64,000 nucleotides of DNA, taken from assembly GCA_050613775.1 (NCBI GenBank), contig JBODTK010000133.1, positions 310,001-374,000 on the forward strand. Reading direction: 5' to 3'. This document shows, piece by piece, positions 55,391 to 64,000 of the stretch. The notes under the pieces are model-generated. The model saw only the letters and a list, made by a program, of their open reading frames with translations, did not search any database and was not told where the DNA came from. The translations under genes and the position numbers were made by a program. Numbering within the stretch: the stretch's first letter is position 1; every line of letters starts with the position of its first letter. Origin of the DNA: Neocallimastix sp. 'constans' (Eukaryota).

Positions 55391-56094
55391 TGATATGCGG
55401 GACTTTTATGTGCTACTAATTTTTAATAGTATCGTTATATTTAATTAACCTTTATTAATATATTTTAATTTATAAAACCCCATTAACCAAGGGTCTTCTC
55501 TCCACTACAAAATAAAGAAGAGTAGTTATTAGAAATCTTTATAATAATTTAATTATTAATAATAATAAATATACATTTAAAATATATTATATCGGAGTAT
55601 AGTATAATATATAATAAATATATATTAAAATAATAAATATAATAAATATAACTATATAATTCTTAAAATGAAAATAAGAATAATAAAGTTAAATATATAA
55701 GAATATAATTATATAATAAATATGAATATAATAAATAATATCAACTATATATATTTAATTATAATTAAAATAACTAAAACTATTTCATTATATTATATAT
55801 TATAATATATAGAAGTATTATGTATTTTTAATATAAATTTTAAAATAAATATGAATAGTTAAGTTATATATATAATAATATTCTTATTATATATATTTAG
55901 AAGAAATTAACTATTTAATTTAATATATTTAATATATTTCATATTATAATGAATAATATATATATAAATATTGAATAATATATGAATAAAAAATTATTTC
56001 AAATATTATTATTGACAAAAGAGATATAAATTTAATATTTAATAATTATTATTAAATATACAAATATGTTGCTACACATATTTGTTTTATATCA
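55391..56094. mobile_element. 704-bp insertion (probable solo LTR of another family) within the 5' LTR of D
   Basis: TGATAT...ATATCA termini and 4-bp TSD TTTA. Absent from the D solo LTR at 52111-52845. Confidence 0.8.
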
Positions 56095-56631
56095 TTTATA
56101 TTATGTTTATATATATGTTTACATCATATATATTAACTACTATTTTTAATTATTCAAATTAATTATATAATTATAAATTAAATTTATTTAGTTATATTAA
56201 ATATTTTAAACATATCGATATTGTTATTATCTTAATATTTTATTAATATTCATATTACAATATTATTAATATCTTATAATTAAATACTATTATTATGTAA
56301 CTTACAAAGTATAAAAGAAAGATGTAAAAATCTATCTTTTATGTTCTTTGTAAGGTTATTGTATTTACAATAATTATATACTAATAATTCAATAAATAAA
56401 TATTTTCATCAATCCTTCAAGGAAATTATTATTTAAAATATTCTTAGATATTAAGTGTTTAAATAACTTAACTATTTATCTTATATTATTTTTATATTAT
56501 TATTAATTAATTATTGTTGGATTATTAATATATAATTCAACATATTAACCTAGTAACGTTATTAATCATAAAACTATTTTATATCTTAATTTTAACAATA
56601 ACCTTACCCTAGTTTTGGTTACTATTTTAAT

Positions 56632-57705
56632 ATGTCTTTTTACAATAATGTATGGGCTGACATTGCTCCAATGTCAGAAGTTAATAAATTAAGGTCTGAC
56701 GCCCAAATTACTGTATCCGAATTGGCTTCTTCTGTTAATGATAGCTTTTTATTAAAAGAAGATTTTAATGAATATAACAAGGACTTACAAAAAAAACTTT
56801 ATACACTTTACAAAGATAATAAAAATATTATTAATCAATTATCTAATTTAACAAAAATTTTAGATGAAAAGTTAAATATAAATATTGCTACAAATGATAT
56901 TCCTTCTACTAGTCAAACACAAGAGGATAATGTATCTACCACTACTAGACGTGATGATGACAATGATGTTATTATGAGGAATGCTTTTTCAAACCGTTTA
57001 CAACAAGTTCCTGAACCTGGATTTTTCTCTGGAGATACTAAAGAAACTGATCTATTCTGTCAACTTTGTGAAGATACTTTTAAAACATATCCAAATTCAG
57101 AAGCTACAGAAGATATCAAAATTAACTTTATTAAATCCCGTTTAAGAGATGGCGCTCATAATTGGTATCTAGCTACGTACAAGGATACAAACCCAAAAAC
57201 TCTTTCTGAATTGACTACTGAATTAAGAAAAGCATTTTCCAACGCTGCAAGCAAAAAATTAGCTAAGATTCAATTAATAAAATTGAAACATAATTATGGG
57301 AAAATAAATGATTATATTGAACAATTTAGAACTCTTTCGAATGGTCTTGGATTCAGTGAAGAAGCCTTAGTTTTAATTTTCTATAATGGGTTACATTCAA
57401 AATTCCAAGAAGTAATTGAAGAAATGGAAGAATTCCCTGTTGATCTTGGTACTATTTATACTAAATGTATTTAACTTGAAAATACATTAAAAACAAAAAA
57501 TCAAATAAAAACAAATAATGGTAATTCAAAACTTTTTAGAAGCAGTAATAATAAACATTCAAAACACGTTAGTACCCATATTAATCATGATAAAAATTAT
57601 AATTCTAATAACAATTATAATAACAAAAGTAATTATAATAATTACAATAATAACAATTATAATAGTAATAAAACTAGTAGCAATAATAATAAAACAAAAA
57701 ACTAA
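56632..57705 (+). pseudogene. gag of element D with a premature stop at 57472
   Basis: Retrotransposon gag-like EPGFFSG...FIKSRLRDGAHNW...FYNGL. Frame continues after the TAA through an Asn-rich tail to TAA at 57703-57705. Confidence 0.82.
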
Positions 57706-57729
57706 ACAATGGACTTCAACAGAAGTCCA
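57696..57729 (+). promoter_or_regulatory. -1 programmed ribosomal frameshift signal
   Basis: A AAA AAC heptamer (57696-57702) just before the gag stop, 7-nt spacer, then an 8-bp hairpin TGGACTTC-AACA-GAAGTCCA. The -1 frame is open into pol. Confidence 0.8.
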
Positions 57730-60700
57730 ATATAATAAAAAACACAAGAATTCTTCATTATAATTTTCCTACATTTAATAATGTAGTAAATAAAAAATTA
57801 CCCTCAACTTTCCTTTTATTTGATACATATATTCCAACAACATTTTCAAATAATATAAAAAATATTAAAAATGATAATAATAAATTAAAAACTGAATCGA
57901 TGTTAGATTCAGGCTCCTTCTGTAATTTTATTACAGAAGAATTAGTAAAAACATTAAAATTGAAAAAATATAATTTAAAATCAAAAATTTTAGTCAAAGG
58001 AATTTCTGGTGATACAACCCAGATAAAGAATTATGTTTGGCTAAAATTTCAAATCAAAATTAATGAAAATAAAAGAGTTTATTTTAAAAATTTCAGAGAA
58101 AAATTTTTAATTTCGAATTGTATCCCAACAAAACTACTTTTTGGAAACCAATTTATGAGGAAGTTTAATATTCATTATGACTATGATAAAAACTTCCTAT
58201 ATTCTTATTTAAATTCTCACTTTTATAACAAAATTAATAAAAATACTAATAAAAATCCACAATATTATTCTCGGTTTAATTCAGTGATAAAAAGATTTTT
58301 AAAAAATTATTTTTTAAAACATAAATTCATAAAAAAATTTAATTATACAAAAAATTCAAAAAATTTCAAAAATTTTAATCAAAATAAATTAAATTTTAAA
58401 CTTAATAAATATAAAAAATTTCTTCATAAAAAATTCAATTTTTTAACCAATAAAATATTTTTTAAATTAAAAAACAATCACCAAAATAAAAAATATAAAA
58501 TTAATAATAAATTTAACTATAATTATTTAATTTATTCATTTTTAACAAATAAAGAAAATTATGAAGAAGATATTGAAGATATAAAAATCGAAAATATTCC
58601 GCTTCAATATCGAGATTTGGCTGTTGTATTTAGTAAGAAAGAAGCAGATAAACTACCGCCACATCGTTTAACTGACTGTAAAATAGTTTTAGAAAAGGAT
58701 GCTTCTCTTCATTACGGACCTATCTACCCATTATCTGAAGAAGAAAATAAAGTTTTAAAAGAATATATAGAAGAAAATTTAAAGAAGGGATTTATTAGAC
58801 CTTCTGAATCTCCAGCTGGTTATCCTGTCTTATTTCAAAAAAAGAAAGATGGTTCTTTAAGATTGTGTGTGGATTACAAAAAGTTAAACGCTGTTACCAT
58901 TAGAAATTCATATCCTCTTCCACTTATTAATGATATCATTGAAAAGGTTAAAGGTGCAAAATATTTCACAAAATTAGATCTAAGATCTGCCTATAACCTA
59001 ATTCGTATAAAAGAGGGGGATGAATATAAAACAGCTTTTCGAACTAAATATGGTCATTACGAATATCTCGTAATGCCTTTTGGGTTGAAAAATGCCCCAG
59101 CCACTTTTCAATCATTTATTAATTCTGTACTCAGACCTTATTTGGAAAAAAGTGTTATTTTATATTTGGATGATATTTTAATTTATTCTGAGGATTTGGA
59201 AGAACATCACAAACAAGTAAGAAGTGTATTACAAACTTTAATTAATAATAATTTATACGCAAAATTAGAAAAATGTGAATTCCATAAAGAAAAAGTTGAA
59301 TTCCTAGATTACATTTTATCTGGTGATGGTGTATCTACTTACCCAAAGAAAATTAAATCTATAGAAGAGTGGCCAACTCCGAAAAATATTAAAGAAGTAC
59401 AACGATTTTAGGCTTATGTAATTACTATAGGAGATTTGTAAAAAATTTTGCAAAAATAGCTAAGCCTCTCCATAATTTAACAAGAAAAAATACAAAATTT
59501 ATTTGGGATACAAATTGTGGAAATTCATTTAAATTATTAAAAAGTAAATTAACTACTTCTCCAGTACTGCATCACCCAGATGTAACTAAACCATTCATAG
59601 TAGAATGTGATGCAAGTAACTATGCTATAGGTGCTGTTTTATCTCAGAAAGATGAAAATAATAAATTACATCCTGTTGCTTACTTTTCAAGAAGTTTACA
59701 AGGTTCCGAAATAAATTATACCATTACAGAAAAAGAGTTATTAGCTATTAGAGATTCTTTCTTAACTTGGCGACATCTTTTACTTGGTGCAAAACATAAA
59801 ATTACTGTCTATACTGACCATAGAAATTTAATCTATACTTTAGGAGGAAAAGTTGGTAATCAAAGACAGCATAGATGGCACTTATTCTTTCAGGAATATG
59901 ATTTCCAACTTATATATAGACAAGGAACAAAAAATGGGAAACCAGATAGTCTTTCAAGAAGACCTGACTATATGAAGAATAACGAAGATATTAAACCAGA
60001 AAATATATTAGATATTAAAAATGTAAAAGAAGTTCCCTGTTTTATAGGAATTATGAGTAATTTACTAGAAAAAATTATTGATGCTATTAAAGAAGATGCT
60101 ACTGCTGAAGATATTAAATTATACTTTAGTGAAAACAATGTTAAAAATAATTATGCTTATAAACCATTTAGGAAAATGGAAAGATTTAAAATAAAAGATA
60201 ATATTATATTATATAACAATTTAATTTATATTCCTGAATCACTTAGATTAGAAATTTTAGAAAAATATCATGAAAAACCCACTTCTGGACATCTTGGTAT
60301 AAGAAGAACTTTAGAACTAATTACAAGAAACTTTTGGTGGCCAAAAATACATGAAGATGATACAAGTTATGTTAATTCTTGTGAATGTTGTGCAAGAAAC
60401 AAGGTTAATAGACATAGGAAATATGGTCTTTTACAACCTTTAGATACTCCCGATAGACCTTGGAAGTCTATCGAAATTGATTTCCTATGTGGTCTTCCTT
60501 ATTCTAAAGGATACACCGTTATTATGGTAGTTGTTGATCGTCTCTCTAAGATGATACATTTAATTCCATTTAAACAAATACCTGATGCCAAACAAACTGC
60601 CAAAGCTTTCATTACAATTATATTTAAACTACACGGATTGCCTTGTGATATGTATACAGATAGAGGATCTCAATTTACAAGTGCTCTTTGGAAAGAAGTA

Positions 60701-61531
60701 ATGGAATATTTAAACATTAAATCAAAAATCGCTACAACTGACCATCATGAAACAGTTGGTCAAGTTGAAAGATGTAATTCTTTTATTGAACAATATTTAA
60801 GAGCTTACTCAAGATCATATTATCATGATGATTGGATTGAATGGATTCACCTTGCTGAATTTGTTTATAATAACTCCATTAATGAATCTACAAAAGAAAC
60901 ACCCTTCTTTATTAATTATGGGTTTCATCCATCTATGGATGAATTTTTCTTATTACCTGATATTGATACTAATAATAAAATTATTAAGGACTTAAGTATG
61001 AACTTTAATCATATTAAAGATGTTTTATTAAGGTCAAAAGAACTATATAAAATACACGCAGATAAAAAGAGAATGCCACCTCCAATATTTAAAGAAAATG
61101 ATTTAGTTTGGATACAAGCTCCTCCATCACTAAATATCGAAGATAGTTCAAAATTAGCTCCTTGTAAATATGGACCATATAAAGTAATAGATGTTCTGAA
61201 TAATCATAATTATAAAATAGATATTAAAAGGTCACCTTTTCCAAAACATCATCCTATATTCCATGTTTCGGAGTTAGAACCTTTTATTCCAACGCCTCAA
61301 AAGTTTTTAAAAAGAAGCACTCATGATGAATCTGTTAATGATATAATTGAGATCTCAGGATTTAGAACTAATTATAAAAAGAATCAATATGAATACAGAA
61401 TCAGGTATAAATATAGAACTGCTTACAATTGGGTTCCTTCAGACGAAGTTGAAAATAACCCCCGAAATCAAAATATTTATTTACAATATTTACAAAATGG
61501 AAGAAAACCTATTTCAATAGCTTATAACTAA
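57699..61531 (+). pseudogene. pol of element D (PR, RT, RH, IN, degenerate chromodomain) with one frameshift at about 59409
   Basis: MLDSGS, YLDD, ECDASN, GHLG/CECC and GPY. One T is missing in the QRFLGLCNYY motif. Confidence 0.9.
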
Positions 61532-61552
61532 AATGATAATAATAATAATATT

Positions 61553-61600
<48 letters not shown>

Positions 61601-62931
61601 GAAATTTTATTTTTTATTATTATTAATTTGTTTTTAAATTTTATTTTATTATTATCAATTTTTCAGTCAAATTTCAATTTCAAAATTTCGTAATTTTCAA
61701 AATTTTCAAAATTCAAAAACATAGCTATGTTACACTTACAACTATCAATTTATAATCCAATTTTATTCATAAATTCATTAATTATTATAATTTTCAATTT
61801 TTTTAAAGTTTATGCATAAAATTAAAAAGTTAATTGAAATTAAAATTTCAAAATTTCAATTTCAAAAATTTTTAATAAAAAACACTTAAAAATGGTACCA
61901 TCATATTCTTAAACATCAATTTTTATAACAAAATTTTAATTTTATTAAATTTTAGAAATTTCAAAATTTCAATGAAATGGTCACTTATAAAGTATTTCCT
62001 TTAAAAATTTAAAAGGACTCAAGTGACCTTCCTCTTTCATAAATTAAAAATTCTTAATTTAAGAAATTCCAAAAAATTTTTTAACAAAAATTTAATCCTC
62101 CTTATCGTTACACAAAAATCGTCTTGAATCCGATTTTTATGGGAGGGCATTGTTGAAATTATAACTGAATTGAAATCTCAATTTCAGTTATTTACATTTC
62201 AATAGTTAAAAAATATTATTTATTTAATTATAAATAATATATATATTTAAATTAATAATCTATTACTAATTATTTATTTCTAATCTACTTAATTATATAT
62301 TTTAAAAGACAATTTTTTTATTTTACAGAAATTAATTCTGTGGTTTAGTAATATTTATTTAATCCTAAAGTTTAATTTTACTAAGTTTAGAAAAATAATA
62401 TTATTTAAATTGTTAATATAAAATTTATAATCATTTCATCAAATTTATAATATAATATTTATAATAAAACATATAATAATAATATAACTATTTTCTTTTA
62501 TGTTTAATTTTTTTTTTTTTTTTATTAGTAATCATTAATACAATTTTTAATCTGGAATTTTCCAAAGAAATAATTAATATTGATAAGTTTAATATTAATA
62601 AAAGAATTATTGATAAGATTTTGATAAACTATTAAGAAAATTGATAAAATAAACTATATAATATTGATAAGGATTTTAATAATAATAAAATATAGATAAG
62701 AATAATAAAAGTAGTATAGATAAGGAATTAATATTAAATACACTTTTTTTAAATAGTATAATTTAATTTGTACTAATTAGGAATATAGATGAATTTATTA
62801 GAATATAGAAAGTTCCAAAAGAATAAAGAATCAAATAATTTATTTAAGGCTTAAATAAATCATTTAAGATGAATAACCAAAAGAATATTATTTGGGCATT
62901 CTTTATCAAGATGCCCCCACAAAGACTCAAG

Positions 62932-64000
62932 CTATACCAGAGCTGAGTTATACTTTACTATATTCTTTACATGAACATTTCTGTTCATTTGAATTCCGGT
63001 CTTGACGTCTGCGAGAGTAACAGTATTGAATTGCCTTTTAATTACCTTTAATGGTCCAACAAAGTAGGGTTCCAACTTAGTTCTACTAAAGTTTCTAACA
63101 AGCACAAGATCTCCGGCTTTAATTTCTTTAGCTTTATTCCAGCTCTGTTTTTCTTCTCGTCTGGCAGCCCAATATTTATTGGCATTCTTGATATTTTCAC
63201 AAGCTTCCATAGTCCAGCGATAATGATTGATAAATTTTTCCAGTAAGATTTCATCAGATGATTTATTAATTCCCTTAGTCGGTCTAGCTGCGATATCAAA
63301 GGGTTGCTGATCTTCTCGGCCATACACTAATTCGAAACTTGAATGATTAGTTGTAGAATTTTTAACTGTTCTAAGAGCCCAAAGAGCCGACGGTAATACT
63401 TCGTCCCAATCTCTATTTTCGGTTCCTAGAAGTCGTAATAGCTTGCCTATTTCTTTGTTCCTATTTTCCGTCAATCCATTGCTTTCAGGATGATAAGTAG
63501 AAACAAACTTAACATAAACATCGTACAAATCGAGAAATACCTTGGTCATATCGGAAGTAAATTGTACCCCATTGTCAGTAGTAATAACTTGGGGAACTCC
63601 ATGACGAGCGAAAACTTTAATTAAGAATTTTACTACATCTTTAGAAGTAATACTTTCAGTAGGCTCGGCTTCTACCCACTTAGTAAAGTAATCTACTACT
63701 ACTAAAATATATTGGTTATTGTTACTTGTTGGTTTTAGCGGACCTATAATATCTAGACCAAGATGTGTAAATGGACCTTCCACTTGAGTTGGAATATTTT
63801 CCGTGGGTTCTGGGTAAGGTTGTGGTCGATTCAATTGACATTTGGCATATTTGGATATGACTCTTTTAATGTCATTCACCATATCATTCCAGTAGTAACT
63901 TTTCCTCAAGCGTTGATATGTTTTGTAATAACCATCGTGGCCGATTTTATGAGCTTCGAATATAAGTTTTAACTTTTCGTCAGTTTCTGTGACTAATTTC
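62932..64000 (-). CDS. Integrase of a further Ty3/Gypsy-type element (E), partial at window edge
   Basis: Frame is open to the window end (AHKIGHDG), with GLDIIGPL, DYFTKW, TDNGVQF and ESNGLTE. Followed on the minus strand by G-rich tract GTGGGGGCA (62920-62912). The first zinc-binding Cys appears as Tyr. Confidence 0.9.
   Translation of the reverse strand, partial: KLVTETDEKLKLIFEAHKIGHDGYYKTYQRLRKSYYWNDMVNDIKRVISKYAKCQLNRPQPYPEPTENIPTQVEGPFTHLGLDIIGPLKPTSNNNQYILVVVDYFTKWVEAEPTESITSKDVVKFLIKVFARHGVPQVITTDNGVQFTSDMTKVFLDLYDVYVKFVSTYHPESNGLTENRNKEIGKLLRLLGTENRDWDEVLPSALWALRTVKNSTTNHSSFELVYGREDQQPFDIAARPTKGINKSSDEILLEKFINHYRWTMEACENIKNANKYWAARREEKQSWNKAKEIKAGDLVLVRNFSRTKLEPYFVGPLKVIKRQFNTVTLADVKTGIQMNRNVHVKNIVKYNSALV

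Larger units (their letters stand above)
55154..62251 (+). mobile_element. Element D: Ty3/Gypsy LTR retrotransposon with separate gag and pol frames, slightly decayed, 3' LTR truncated
   Basis: 5' LTR 55154-56597 (TG...CA). PPT GGGAGGGCAT at 62141-62150. 3' LTR start at 62151 matches for only about 100 bp. Confidence 0.92.

Noticed and set aside
36142..63972. Small overlapping or antisense ORFs inside the long CDS and gag-pol genes
   Set aside because: Shadow frames of real coding sequence.

Overview
Extremely AT-rich eukaryotic genomic DNA with spliceosomal GT-AG introns, long microsatellites and a CotH-kinase gene. This combination points to an anaerobic gut fungus (Neocallimastigomycota), which is an inference. 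Left end (1-2.6 kb): two intronless, co-oriented, virus-like genes, a divergent family-1 uracil-DNA glycosylase and a fused triphosphatase-guanylyltransferase mRNA capping enzyme. This is the best candidate for a novel system: the edge of an endogenised large DNA virus or cytoplasmic linear plasmid. 5-14 kb: a CotH pseudogene, a composite satellite, a 5'-truncated LINE, and an ankyrin pseudogene plus its internally deleted duplicate. 14-37 kb: mostly gene-poor, with one small secreted orphan and one two-exon low-complexity gene. 38-64 kb: a deeply nested cluster of Ty3/Gypsy LTR retrotransposons. It includes one intact young chromovirus, tRNA-independent self-priming signatures in two families, a -1 frameshift signal and a conserved pre-PPT hairpin. 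All alignments and coordinates were read by eye and no database searches were run.
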